From assembly GCA_045863395.1 (NCBI GenBank), contig BTVJ01000021.1, forward strand, positions 1 to 64,000: DNA of 64,000 bases. Direction: 5' to 3'. The DNA is from Myxococcales bacterium (lineage in GTDB: Bacteria; Myxococcota_A; UBA9042; JABWCM01; BTVJ01). The stretch's first letter is position 1. Every line of letters starts with the position of its first letter. The position numbers and the translations under genes were made by a program. Shown in pieces: positions 47,220-57,049 of the stretch. Under the pieces are notes generated by a model, which ran no database searches, was not told the DNA's origin, and saw only the letters and a list, made by a program, of their open reading frames with translations.

Positions 47220-48758
47220 TCAGCGCATGACGGCGATGGCGTCGGGGATCGCCTCGGAGCCCGTGCCCAGCTCCACCTGGCCGAGGTCCGTCACGACGCC
47301 GACGCCGTCGATGCGGAGCACCGCCACGTTCGGGCCCCCGTTGACGTCGACGGAGGGGATCAAGACGAGGCCCTCGCTCGACCCCCGGTCGATGAGCGCC
47401 ATCTGGTCGGCGAGCCCGATGCCCTTGATCTCTCCCGTCACCGAGAGGCCCGAGCCCAGGTCCGAGAGGATCGCCACGCGGTTGACCTCCGGGCGGCTGA
47501 TCAGCGCCGTCAGGCCGTCCGGCGAGAAGAGCGCCTCGCTGACGGCGCTCAGGGTCGTGATGCGGTCCACCTCGGTCAGCACGCCGTCGCCGATGGCCAG
47601 GACCGAGATGTCTCCCTCCTCGAAGGAGAAGGCCGACGCGTTGGGCACGAGCACGCGGCTCCCGTCCGGGGAGGCGGCGATTCGCCCCGTGTTGACGAAG
47701 TCCTTGAAGACGTCGAAGGACCCCATCTCTACCCAGGCGTCGCCGTTGCGCCCCAGCAGGCGGATGTCGTCCGGGTCCTTCGGCGCAAAGACGGTCTGGC
47801 CGCCCAGGAGCACCGCGGTCTGCTCGCCGGGCAGCACCGCGATGGACTCGGCCAGGCGCACGTTGTAGAAGCCCGCCGTGTCCACGGTCAGGGTGCCGTC
47901 GCAGCCGATGTGCACCACGGAGACCCCGCTGGTCTCGTTGACGTTGAGGCCCACCACCCAGGCGACCGAGCCGTCCTGAGAGATGGCGATGTCTCCGTAG
48001 TCGGCGGACGGCAGCTTGACAGAGTCCACCACGGCCAGCTCCTGCGCGCCCTCGACGGACACGGACACCACGTCGCCGTCCTCGCCCACGACCAGCGCGA
48101 TGGTGCCCGAAGGGACGAAGGCGATGCGCGCTGGCCGCACCCCGACGTCCAGGAGCACGCCGTCGTCGACGGGCATTCCGCCAGGCTCCAGGCTCATGGA
48201 GCGTATGGTCTTGCCCGGAGTCCCTGGCTTGGCCGTGAAGGGGTGACCGACCAGCACGACCCGGGGGCGGTCGTCGTCGCCGGGATCGCCCAGGTCGCAG
48301 AGTGGTCCAGGGTTCTCTCCGATGTCGGGCGCTGGGGGCCCGGAGTCTATGCCGGCGGCCGAGTCTCCGGCGGGCGACGCGACGTCAGCGCCGGGAGTGT
48401 CACCGGGGCTCAGAGTGTCTGTTGCGGCGTCCGTCAGCTCGGCCGTGTCAGGCAGATCGAGCGTATCAGCCAAGTCAGCCGTGTCGGGCAACGCAGGGAC
48501 GTCGTCCACCGTCGCCGAGTCCACGGGGTACGTCCCGGAGTCCTGGAGCGTGTCCGCAGTGGCATCCGCACCGGCGCCCGCACCGGCGTCCGTGCCGGCG
48601 TCCGTACCGGCGTCCGCACCGGCGACGCCCGGGCCGGCGTCCACTCCCGCCCCACCGTCCGCCCCTATGTCTGCCGCGGGCACGCCGGGGCCGTCATCCC
48701 CCCCTCCGCACGCGGACAAGCATCCGATTGCTGCAAGCGTCAGCGCGAACCTGCGCAT
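47220..48758 (-). CDS. Lipoprotein with C-terminal beta-propeller
   Basis: LSAC lipobox; Asp/Thr/Ala linker; repeats IAFVPSG, IAISQDG, IAASPDG, LFSPDG. Confidence 0.75.
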   Translation of the reverse strand: MRRFALTLAAIGCLSACGGGDDGPGVPAADIGADGGAGVDAGPGVAGADAGTDAGTDAGAGAGADATADTLQDSGTYPVDSATVDDVPALPDTADLADTLDLPDTAELTDAATDTLSPGDTPGADVASPAGDSAAGIDSGPPAPDIGENPGPLCDLGDPGDDDRPRVVLVGHPFTAKPGTPGKTIRSMSLEPGGMPVDDGVLLDVGVRPARIAFVPSGTIALVVGEDGDVVSVSVEGAQELAVVDSVKLPSADYGDIAISQDGSVAWVVGLNVNETSGVSVVHIGCDGTLTVDTAGFYNVRLAESIAVLPGEQTAVLLGGQTVFAPKDPDDIRLLGRNGDAWVEMGSFDVFKDFVNTGRIAASPDGSRVLVPNASAFSFEEGDISVLAIGDGVLTEVDRITTLSAVSEALFSPDGLTALISRPEVNRVAILSDLGSGLSVTGEIKGIGLADQMALIDRGSSEGLVLIPSVDVNGGPNVAVLRIDGVGVVTDLGQVELGTGSEAIPDAIAVMR

Positions 48759-48837
48759 GATCTCCCTCCGCGCCAGTCCCCATGTCCAGGGGCTCCGGGC
48801 GCACACTACCCCGCTGGGGGACAGCGGTCCAGGGGGA

Positions 48838-50436
48838 TCACGGGGCCGGAGCGACCTCGGGTGACGGACCGGGGAGGTCCGACGGGGCCGGCGCAGGGCT
48901 GGGGATCGCGGTGGCGGGGACCATGGGACCATCCGAGGGGAGGCCTGCGCCCATGGGTGCCGGCGACACGGAGGTGCCTGCGCCCATCGGTGCTGGGGCC
49001 GGCGGCAGGGGCACGGGCGCAGCCTCCGGGAGCCGGTCCGCCTTGACCGAGGCGACGAAGGACGGGTCGCGCACCGCGATCTGGCCTTGGCGCGAGAGAT
49101 CCACCGACTTCGTGAGGATCCGCGCCGCCTCCTGCGGGGCGTGGAAGCCGGTGGAGTTCTCCGCCTCCACGAAGTCGAGCAGGAAGGTCGCCTGCCGCTG
49201 CAGCGACCGCGCCTGAGCAAGGTCCGCGTCGTTCTTCCCGTCTCTGCGCGCCTTCTCGATGTCTCCGATCAGCGCCACCAGGGCGTCCATGGCCCGGTTC
49301 CGCATCTCGAAGTGGCGGTCCTGGATGGTCTCGACCCTCGCCTTCAGCTCCGTCTCGGGGACGTTGTGGCAGGTCTGGCAGGCGCGGTTGATGTTCAGCA
49401 TCGGGCTGCGCACGTGGTGGTCGCTGATCTTCTGTGCCCCCTCCCGCTTGTAGGGCATGTGGCAGTCTGCGCAGGCCACCCCGGACCGCGCGTGCACGCC
49501 CTAGCTCCACAGCTCGAACTCGGGGTGCTGCGCCTTGAGGGTGGGGGCGCCGGTGGTCGCGTGGACCCAGTCCTTGAACCCGGTCTCCTCGTAGTACTCC
49601 AGGATCTCGTCGGCCTTGAGCCCCTTGAACCACGGGTAGGTCAGGCGCTTCTCGGGCCCCTTGAAGTAGTACTCCACATGGCACTGCCCGCAGACGTAGG
49701 AGCGCATCTCCTGCCGTGTCGCCATGGCGTTGACGTCGTAGCCCTCGACCCCCTGGCTCGCCTTGTAGGCGCGGATGCCCTCGATGAACCCGGGCCGCGT
49801 CACGCGCAGCGCCATGGTCTGTGAGTCATGGCAGTCGATGCAGGCCACCGGGTGCTCGACGAGCTTGCGGGCCTCCTCGTAGGGCATCTGGTTGACCTTC
49901 TCGAAGCCCGCGATCAGGTCGCCGTTGCCCTCCTTCATGTAGGCCGCATAGACCGACGCGTGGCAGTGGAGACAAGTGCCGGGCTGCTTGGCGACCACCT
50001 GGCGCTCCGTGTAGATCTGGTCCTCCAGCATGTAGGCGTGGCCCCGCTCCTCGCGGAAGTCCTTCGCAAAGGCGTAGCCGGCCCACATGACCTTCAGGCG
50101 CGGGTCCTCCTCGACCTTCGACTGGCTGACGCGCGTGCGCGGGTCCCGCGGGTCCGGGGTGCGGGGCATGGCCTCGCTGCCTCCGTAGCGCGTGCGCTCC
50201 ATGTCGACGGTGCGCTTGTAGTCGTCGTACTGCAGCGGGAAGTTCTTGCCCCACAGGGCGGGGTCGACACTGGTGTCGGCCAGCTCCACGACCCGGAAGA
50301 ACGGGTTCTTCGCCTCCTGTTTGTGCTCGAACACGTTGACCAGCAGCGCGGTGAGCCCTGCGGTCACCACGGCGGACGCCAGCACGACCACGCCGGCCAC
50401 CCAGAGCCGGATCTTCCTCGGGTTGCTCTCGCTCAT
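48838..50436 (-). pseudogene. nrfA: Ammonia-forming cytochrome c nitrite reductase NrfA, interrupted by an in-frame TAG at 49501-49503
   Basis: [80 protein letters not shown]; both halves share one frame. Confidence 0.88.
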
Positions 50437-50472
50437 CTTGGGCTCCTTGCAGCTCTCACTTCTGGGATCGCG

Positions 50473-50934
50473 TCAGGGGTGACCCACACCGGCGTGGCAC
50501 CGGACGCAGGCGGCCTCGCCCGCGCCCGCGTGACCCTCGATGGCCTCCACGATGGGGGCGTGACAGCCGCGGCAGCGCCGCTCCACGATCTCGAGGTTCG
50601 ACGCCTTGATGCGGATGGGCTCCGCAAAGTCCCCGGACGTGAAGGCGGCCGAGTGGTGCCAGCCGTTGGACATCTTGGCGACCATCTTGGGGATGAAGGC
50701 CTCGGGGGTGTGACAGTCATTGCAGACGGCCACGTGACGGTGCGACGACTTCGTCCAGCCATCGAGCTGCTCCTGCATCACATGGCAGTTGGCGCAGGCG
50801 TTGGGGTCGTTGGTCAGGTAGGAGCCCCCCTTCGCGTAGAAGAAGGTGTAGGCCCCGACCCCGGCGGCGGTGCCGACGGCGATGGAGAGCGCGACGACCA
50901 CGGTTGCGAGCGACAACAGGCGGTTCGGGTTCAT
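50473..50934 (-). CDS. nrfH: Cytochrome c nitrite reductase small subunit NrfH
   Basis: N-terminal TM; SYLTNDPNACANCHVM, CNDCH, CRGCH, CVRCH..VGH; directly upstream of nrfA. Confidence 0.93.
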   Translation of the reverse strand: MNPNRLLSLATVVVALSIAVGTAAGVGAYTFFYAKGGSYLTNDPNACANCHVMQEQLDGWTKSSHRHVAVCNDCHTPEAFIPKMVAKMSNGWHHSAAFTSGDFAEPIRIKASNLEIVERRCRGCHAPIVEAIEGHAGAGEAACVRCHAGVGHP

Positions 50935-51118
50935 GGAGCCTCATACGTGACCACAGGTGCTATAAACCCCGTTATCCTTTTTCACCGCTACCAATCCAAC
51001 GAGCCTCCGCGTCATGCATGCCACGAAGTGAGGCATGGAGCAATACACACGACCGTAACAACATGAAATCACGACACACTCAATCCTCACGACCAGGGGG
51101 CCGCGAGACACCTCCCCC

Positions 51119-53593
51119 TCAGGGGACGTACCACCCGATGCAGGTGCCCCACTGGCAGTGGTCGTCCCAGGTGTTCCAGTCGCCGTCGTCGCACCAGGTC
51201 CCCCAGGGGGCCTCCTCCCACTGGCAGCCGCTGCCCGGGTCGCACCAGGCGGTGGCGCACTGCCCCCCGTCGCCGCACCAGACGGGGCCGCCACTGCACC
51301 CGCCCGGGGCGCAGGTGTCGCCCTCGGTGCAGGCGTCGCCGTCGTCGCAGGGGGCGTAGCTCCAGGCGGACACGCAGCTCCCGCCCTCGCACCAGTCGTC
51401 GGTGCATGGGTCGCCGTCGTCGCAGCCGACCGGGGCCCCGGCGCAGGTCGCGCCACCCGTGCAGGCGTCTCCGGTGGTGCATGGGTTCCCGTCGTCGCAG
51501 GGGTCGCCGGTCTCCGGCTCGAAGTGGCACGTACCCCAACCGCAGAAGTCCTCGGTGCACGGGTTGTCGTCGGCGCACCACACGGGCTCGCCGCCGCACC
51601 CCCACCACCGACACCAGTCGTCCTCGGTGCATGCGTCGCCGTCGTCACACCAGGCGCCGGAGCCCGCTTCGTGGATGCAGCCGTACCAGGGCGCACAGGA
51701 GTCCGTGGTGCAGGGGTCGCCGTCGTCGCACGAGACCGGGGTGGGGCCCACGCACGCGACTCCGTCGCATCCGTCGCCCGTCGTGCAGGCGTTGCCGTCG
51801 TCGCAGGGGCCGGGCGTGGGGCTGTGGACGCATCCGGTGGCCGGGGAGCAGCCGTCCGCCGTGCAGGGGTCGCCGTCGTGGCAGCCTGTCGCGTAGAGGC
51901 CCACGCACGTGCCGTCCTGGCACGCGTCGCCTGTCGTGCAGGCGTCGCCGTCGTCGCAGGAGCCGGGAATGGGGGCGTGGGAGCAGCCCGACGGACCGCA
52001 CGTGTCCGCCGTGCAGGGGTTGCCGTCGGCGCAGCTCATCGGGGGGCCCGGCTGGCACGCGCCGGCCGCGCACAGGTCGGTGGAGGTGCAGGGATCGCCG
52101 TCGTCGCAGGGGCCGGACGCGGGCGTGTACGCGCACCCCCCGCTGCCGCACGAGTCGGCGGTGCACGGGTTGCCGTCGTCGCAGGCCACCAGTTCGCCGG
52201 CACAGATCCCGCTCGCGCAGAGGTCGGCGGTCGTGCAGGGGTCGCCGTCGTCGCAGGCCCCCGGGACGGGCCACTGCACGCAGCCCCCCGTGGCGCACAC
52301 TGCCACCGTGCAGGGCGACCCGTCGTCCGGGCAGGCGAGCGGAGCCGACGCGCACACGCCGCCGACGCAGCCGCCACTCGTGCAGGGGTCGCTGTCGTCG
52401 CAGAGGAGCGGCGACTGGATGCAGCCGCCCCCCTCGCAGCCGTCGGTGGTGCAGGGGTCGCCGTCGTCGCAAGGCAGCGCCGCGTGCCAGCAGCCGGGGG
52501 GCGTGATCGGACGCTCGCACAGAGCACAGGCAGCCTCGGAGGCCACCACCCACCCCGCGGGGCCCACGGCGACGCGGTCCCCCTCGACGGGGACGGGAGC
52601 CAGGCCCACCCAGGCATCGAAGTCGTAGGGCTCTCCGGTGTCCCAGCTCCACGCGTCATCCAACGCCCCGAGGCCGATCCAGGCCGGACCGCACTCGCCG
52701 GCCAGGTCACTGGCGAGGGCGTCCTCGGGGGCGCTCCCGAGTGTCGCGAGGTGGCCGCCCCAGCCGGCGCACAGCGCGGCCGCGTCGGCCGGGCCGATGG
52801 GCTCCGACGAGAGCGCGATGAAGCACGCCCCTCCGAGGGCGGTGCCGTCGCAGGCGGAGAGGTCCACCGGGGTGCAGCCGTCGAGAGTGCATGGGTCGCC
52901 GTCGTCGCACGTGAAGGGCACCCATGCGAGGCAGCCAGAGATCGAGGCGCAGACGCGAACGCCGTCTCCACAGTCCCACGTCCCTTCCACGTCGCACGGG
53001 TCCGAGCAGGTGCCACCCGTGTCGGTCGTGCCGCCGGTGTCCCCGCTGGCGCCGACGTCAGGAGCGGGGGCACCGGTGTCCTCCTGAGTGTCCAGGCTCT
53101 GCACGGCGTCCTGCGACACATCGGACCACGGGGTCACGGCGCCGTCTGCAGCGTCCTGGTCCGAGCGACTCCACCCCGCGTCCCCACTGCCGCCGTCCAA
53201 GCTCCAGGAGTCATCTCCGTCTGGTTCCGCGACGCCCTCGCCCGAGTCCCCACCGAGCGTGTCAGGTCCGGCCGACGTGTCCAGGCCCAACGCATCGTCA
53301 ACGTCCCAGGCGTCCGCGCTGGTTGAGTCCCCGTGACCGACCCCGTCCTTTGGCGGGCCTGCTCCTCTCGCCTCCGCGAATTCGTTGAGATCTGCGCCCT
53401 GTCCGGGCTCCCAGTCGGGGAACAGCAACCCTACGTCCGCGCCGGCCTCGGGTGCTGTGTCATCGCCATCGCCAGGGACCGGCGCAGCGCAGGACGCGAT
53501 CATGAGCAGCATCGCCGCCAGGGGTCTCCACGCAGCGCGCCCCCCCCGTGGGATGGCACCCAGGACCCGCGGTCTCATAGCCGGCCATGACAT
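51119..53593 (-). CDS. Exported Cys-rich repeat protein with a C-type lectin domain
   Basis: RBS ggagg; IASC lipobox-like; CAGWGGHLATL...AWIGL...WSWDTGEP (CTL); many CDDG[DN]PCTxDxC repeats. Confidence 0.8.
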   Translation of the reverse strand: MSWPAMRPRVLGAIPRGGRAAWRPLAAMLLMIASCAAPVPGDGDDTAPEAGADVGLLFPDWEPGQGADLNEFAEARGAGPPKDGVGHGDSTSADAWDVDDALGLDTSAGPDTLGGDSGEGVAEPDGDDSWSLDGGSGDAGWSRSDQDAADGAVTPWSDVSQDAVQSLDTQEDTGAPAPDVGASGDTGGTTDTGGTCSDPCDVEGTWDCGDGVRVCASISGCLAWVPFTCDDGDPCTLDGCTPVDLSACDGTALGGACFIALSSEPIGPADAAALCAGWGGHLATLGSAPEDALASDLAGECGPAWIGLGALDDAWSWDTGEPYDFDAWVGLAPVPVEGDRVAVGPAGWVVASEAACALCERPITPPGCWHAALPCDDGDPCTTDGCEGGGCIQSPLLCDDSDPCTSGGCVGGVCASAPLACPDDGSPCTVAVCATGGCVQWPVPGACDDGDPCTTADLCASGICAGELVACDDGNPCTADSCGSGGCAYTPASGPCDDGDPCTSTDLCAAGACQPGPPMSCADGNPCTADTCGPSGCSHAPIPGSCDDGDACTTGDACQDGTCVGLYATGCHDGDPCTADGCSPATGCVHSPTPGPCDDGNACTTGDGCDGVACVGPTPVSCDDGDPCTTDSCAPWYGCIHEAGSGAWCDDGDACTEDDWCRWWGCGGEPVWCADDNPCTEDFCGWGTCHFEPETGDPCDDGNPCTTGDACTGGATCAGAPVGCDDGDPCTDDWCEGGSCVSAWSYAPCDDGDACTEGDTCAPGGCSGGPVWCGDGGQCATAWCDPGSGCQWEEAPWGTWCDDGDWNTWDDHCQWGTCIGWYVP

Positions 53594-53761
53594 CGCGGCC
53601 TCCGGGGCTCGATCCCGTCCGCAACCCGGAACCGGGCATGCAATGCACGTCTTCCAGGACCAGCAGACGGTACGGCTCAGCCGTGAACGGTGTCAAGGCG
53701 ACGGACACCCAGCAAATCGAGGCCGGGATGCAGCCGGGAGGCGGCCGGACCGAGCCGTGAC

Positions 53762-53788
53762 ATATGAGATCTGAGTAGTCTTGACCCC
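53762..53788. repeat. Left inverted repeat (27 bp), followed by a tandem duplication of tgacccctcttc
   Basis: atatgagatctgagtagtcttgacccc; 12-mer at 53782-53793 and 53794-53805. Confidence 0.85.
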
Positions 53789-53804
53789 TCTTCTGACCCC
53801 TCTT

Positions 53805-53966
53805 CTCGCCGTCGAGGGCCTCGAAGAGGGCCTCTACTTCCGGGCGCTCGCGGCTCTCCTGGCCGCGGCGCCCGCGCGGGTCGACCTGGTGCGGATGGAA
53901 GAGGCCGACGCGAGCCTCCGCGAGCGTGTCCTGATGCACGGTTTGCTGCTGGAGACCGCGCGATGA
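53805..53966 (+). pseudogene. 3' fragment of a minimal nucleotidyltransferase (MNT) antitoxin
   Basis: LAVEGL...YFRAL...RVDLVRMEEADASLRERVLMHGLLL; N-terminal GS..DxD motif absent, replaced by the repeat. Confidence 0.7.
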
Positions 53967-54233
53967 CCGCCGCAGACCGGATGCGGGTCCTGCTCGCCGA
54001 CCTCGCCGCCGACAGGGTGGCTCTCGACCGCCACGCTCGAACCATCGATCAGTGCCTGGCAGCAACCCCGTGGGAGCCGGACGCCCCGGTCCTTTCCGTG
54101 GTCGCCGTCTCGCTCCACCACTGGTACAGCGCCGCCGAGAGCGCCCTGGAGCGCATCATCCGCTGCTTCGAGGGCGTCCCATCGCGAGACGACCGGTGGC
54201 ACCGGCGCATCGTGGAGTTGGCGACTCGCGAGA
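53963..54233 (+). pseudogene. 5' fragment of a HepT-like HEPN RNase toxin
   Basis: ATGA overlap with MNT; VAVSLHHWYSAAESALERIIRCFEG.P..D.WHRRIVE; homology stops at the right repeat before the Rx4-6H motif. Confidence 0.7.
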
Positions 54234-54237
54234 GGAG

Positions 54238-54264
54238 GGGGTCAAGTATACTCATATCTCATAT
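54238..54264. repeat. Right inverted repeat (27 bp)
   Basis: ggggtcaagtatactcatatctcatat; reverse complement matches the left copy at 24/27 positions. Confidence 0.85.
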
Positions 54265-54300
54265 CTTCGCCGGGTCCCGGCGCCACGACTCCACCTCCGG

Positions 54301-56367
54301 TCAGCCTCCGTGGCACGCCTCCAGGCGCAGCCACTGGAGGCGGGTCTCCGCGTCGAGAGCCACGAGGATCTCCCAGGCGAGGTCGGCGCCCGTGCGGCAG
54401 TCGTGGGTGACGGCTCCCGTGAAGGCGTCGACGAGGCGATACGCCGCGTCCGCCTTGATTGACGCCGCCGCCGTCACCTCCGGGGGGAGGAAGTAGCTCG
54501 CTGAGGCGTCCTGCCTCCAGAGGTTGTGGAAGACGAGGACCACGTTCGCGTCGTCCGACCACCGGACCTGGGCGAAGAGGCGGGGGTCGATGCCGCCGTC
54601 CCTCTTCCGCAGGAACGCGTGGTGTTCCCCCACCAGGGCGCGGTTCTTCGGGTCGAGGCGCGCGCGGGCCATGGCGCCGTAGAAGTCCACCAGAGCATCC
54701 GCGTCGGCTCGGTGGTTGGCGCTGCCCTCGAAGCGCGAGCGCAGCAGGTCCGAGCGCCTGAACCCGAGGCCCCACGGCTCACCCAGCTCCTGGCCCATCA
54801 GCAGCATGGGCGTGCCGCGCACCGTGGCGCCGATGCCCCAGAAGCCGGCGCCGGTCCACGGGTCGAAGCCGGTGCCGTCGGTGAGGCGGTGCTCGTCGTG
54901 GGTCTCGAGCGCCGTCATCACCAGGGCGCCCTCCCCGAAGCGCCCGGTGTTCCCGACCACCCACTCCACTCGACCCGCGTCCTTGGTCACGCCGTCGCGC
55001 CCGCACATGTCGCGCACGTAGCCCTCGGTCATGATGTCCACGATCTGCGCCATGCCCTTCTGGTCGTGGAACTCCTCCGCGAGCAGGACCGGCCGCTCCT
55101 GCCCCCGCAGCGCCGCGTAGTGGGCGAGCTTCCCCGCCAGGTAGCGCCAGGTCTCCGGTGAGAGCCCGTTCGCGTCCTCCGTGGTGTGGTCGAGGCGGAA
55201 GCCGTCCACCCCCCTGGACGACCAGTAGTTGAGAATCCGGAACAGATACTCCCGGTTGCGCCACAGCTCGTGACGGTGGGCGACATTGGTGGCGTGGTGG
55301 TAGAGGAACTTCACGTCCTTCCACTCATTGGTGTAGCCGTCACCGAGCGTGCGTGACGGGCTCCACCGGTCGGCGCCCAGGTAGAAGCCAGGCGCCGCCG
55401 CCTCCAGGTACGGAGAATCACAGGGGAACACGTCCCGCTCGCCTGCCAGCGCGGCTCTCCACGCATGGAAGGCGCGCACCAGGTCCTGGCCCCCCAGCTC
55501 CGGGCACCGCGCCTCGAGCGAGGCAAGGTCCGCCGCCGCGCTCGCATCGACCGCCGCCCAAGCGCGGACCGCCTTCTCCGTGTCGGCGAGCAGCGGCTTC
55601 ACGTGCGCCTGCTCCTGCGTCGCAGCGAAGTCCCAGAGCCCTTCGAGGTCCTCCCCAGCCGCGATGCGCTCGCCCACGGAGGTCGCCACGGTGTCGTACA
55701 TCACGTAGTTGTGCCCGAAGTGGTTGAAGGCCACGTCGAGCATCACCCGCAGGCCCTTGGCGTGGGCGGCGGCGATCACACTGTCGAGGGCCTCGTTGCC
55801 CCAGCACGGGTCACCGGACCACTCGTCGCGCCCAGTGACGATGCACGCCCGCGACAAGGTCCCCCGCGCGTGCATGTAGTCCCGCACCGCGTAGGGCGAG
55901 CCCAGGTTGTCGCACGGGTCCGGGATGTTCCAGGTGTCGTTGTTGGGGAAAAGCGGCATGAGCCAGACGGCGCGCGCGCCGACGCGCTCGGCGACGTATC
56001 GCAGCGTGATTCCCGCGCGAAAGTCGGCCGTGTCCTCCAGAAGGTCGTCCAGGGTGCCGAGGCGGATCTTCTGGAGCTCGTCGAGGGTCGGGCAGCTCAT
56101 GCCCTCCGCCCGGTAGGGGATGATCGGCGCGACCTTGGCCGCGCACGCCTCCCGCTGCCACGGCGCGCCGAGGTCCACGCGGCACGCGTTGGCGGAGCGC
56201 ACCTGGATCTCGTACAAGATGAGCCGCTTTGCCAGGTCGCTGGCCCCACCGAACGCGTGGTCGGCTTTGCCGCCGCTGGGGCCCGCCTCGGCAGGAGCCG
56301 CGGGATTCGAGTCGCTGGGGGCGCACGCTGCGAGGAGCAGCGCGAGGAGTCCGAGGAAGGTTCGCAT
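54301..56367 (-). CDS. Alpha-amylase family (GH13) lipoprotein
   Basis: LAAC lipobox, GGKAD; LYEIQVR, VWLMP, GSPYAVRDY, DVAFNH, GFRLDH, AEEF, ETHDE. Confidence 0.87.
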   Translation of the reverse strand: MRTFLGLLALLLAACAPSDSNPAAPAEAGPSGGKADHAFGGASDLAKRLILYEIQVRSANACRVDLGAPWQREACAAKVAPIIPYRAEGMSCPTLDELQKIRLGTLDDLLEDTADFRAGITLRYVAERVGARAVWLMPLFPNNDTWNIPDPCDNLGSPYAVRDYMHARGTLSRACIVTGRDEWSGDPCWGNEALDSVIAAAHAKGLRVMLDVAFNHFGHNYVMYDTVATSVGERIAAGEDLEGLWDFAATQEQAHVKPLLADTEKAVRAWAAVDASAAADLASLEARCPELGGQDLVRAFHAWRAALAGERDVFPCDSPYLEAAAPGFYLGADRWSPSRTLGDGYTNEWKDVKFLYHHATNVAHRHELWRNREYLFRILNYWSSRGVDGFRLDHTTEDANGLSPETWRYLAGKLAHYAALRGQERPVLLAEEFHDQKGMAQIVDIMTEGYVRDMCGRDGVTKDAGRVEWVVGNTGRFGEGALVMTALETHDEHRLTDGTGFDPWTGAGFWGIGATVRGTPMLLMGQELGEPWGLGFRRSDLLRSRFEGSANHRADADALVDFYGAMARARLDPKNRALVGEHHAFLRKRDGGIDPRLFAQVRWSDDANVVLVFHNLWRQDASASYFLPPEVTAAASIKADAAYRLVDAFTGAVTHDCRTGADLAWEILVALDAETRLQWLRLEACHGG

Positions 56368-57049
56368 GGCGTCCTCCGTCGGGGCCCTTCTCCCACCATG
56401 CCTGCCGAGTGTCAACCAGAGATCCGGCGAGGACGCCCCCACAGCCCGGCCCATGTCACCGCACGGAGGGCACGGTGGGCGGAGGAGCCCCCGGGCGCGG
56501 GGCGGCATCATGCCCCGACGCGCCCCGACCGGAGCGCCCCCACGAGAGAGGCGGTCGAGGTCCCGCCGCCTCACCCGTTGACGTATCGCGGTCGATGCGC
56601 AGTGCCTGGAGGTGCTGAGAGACGCGGTGTTGACCGGCTCTGGAGGCCGGGTCGCGCCGCGCCTGCTCCTCCGCGCGCTCGTCGACCTGGCGCGGGCTCG
56701 CGGTGCGCACTGCCGGCAGCCAGGCGCGCGGCCTGGTCAGTCGGTCCCAGCCTTGTCTGCTACCGGAGGCCGAGCGCCGGCTCCTCGCGGGGCGGCTGCT
56801 CGACGTGGTGGTGACAGGGACGGTGTCGCGGTGCGTGCGAGCGGAGGGCCAGGGACGGCGGTCGATCTGGAGATCCGCGGGGGATGGTGGATTGAACCGT
56901 CGGGAGGCGGCCCCCCCCCAGGGGGAGTCGCCCGCCGGGTGCGCTGGCGCCTCGGTGCCACCAGCGCGTGGAGGCCAACTCTTGGGTGTGAGTGACCGTG
57001 CGGCGCGGCCGAGCTCGTCCAGGCAGGCGGGCCAGGGGACCGTCGCCGC

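Noticed and set aside
49501..49503. Genome-wide TAG reassignment as the explanation for the nrfA stop
   Set aside because: TAG ends many genes at their expected C-termini here (e.g. 277, 6790, 9030, 10635, 28800)
53762..54264. Classical Tn3 or IS element / MITE
   Set aside because: GGGG ends face the cargo rather than the flanks, the repeats are 27 bp, and there is no transposase or visible target-site duplication
53805..54496. Functional MNT-HEPN toxin-antitoxin system
   Set aside because: Both catalytic motifs are absent; the ORF extension beyond ~54235 is read-through into the repeat and antisense GH13 sequence
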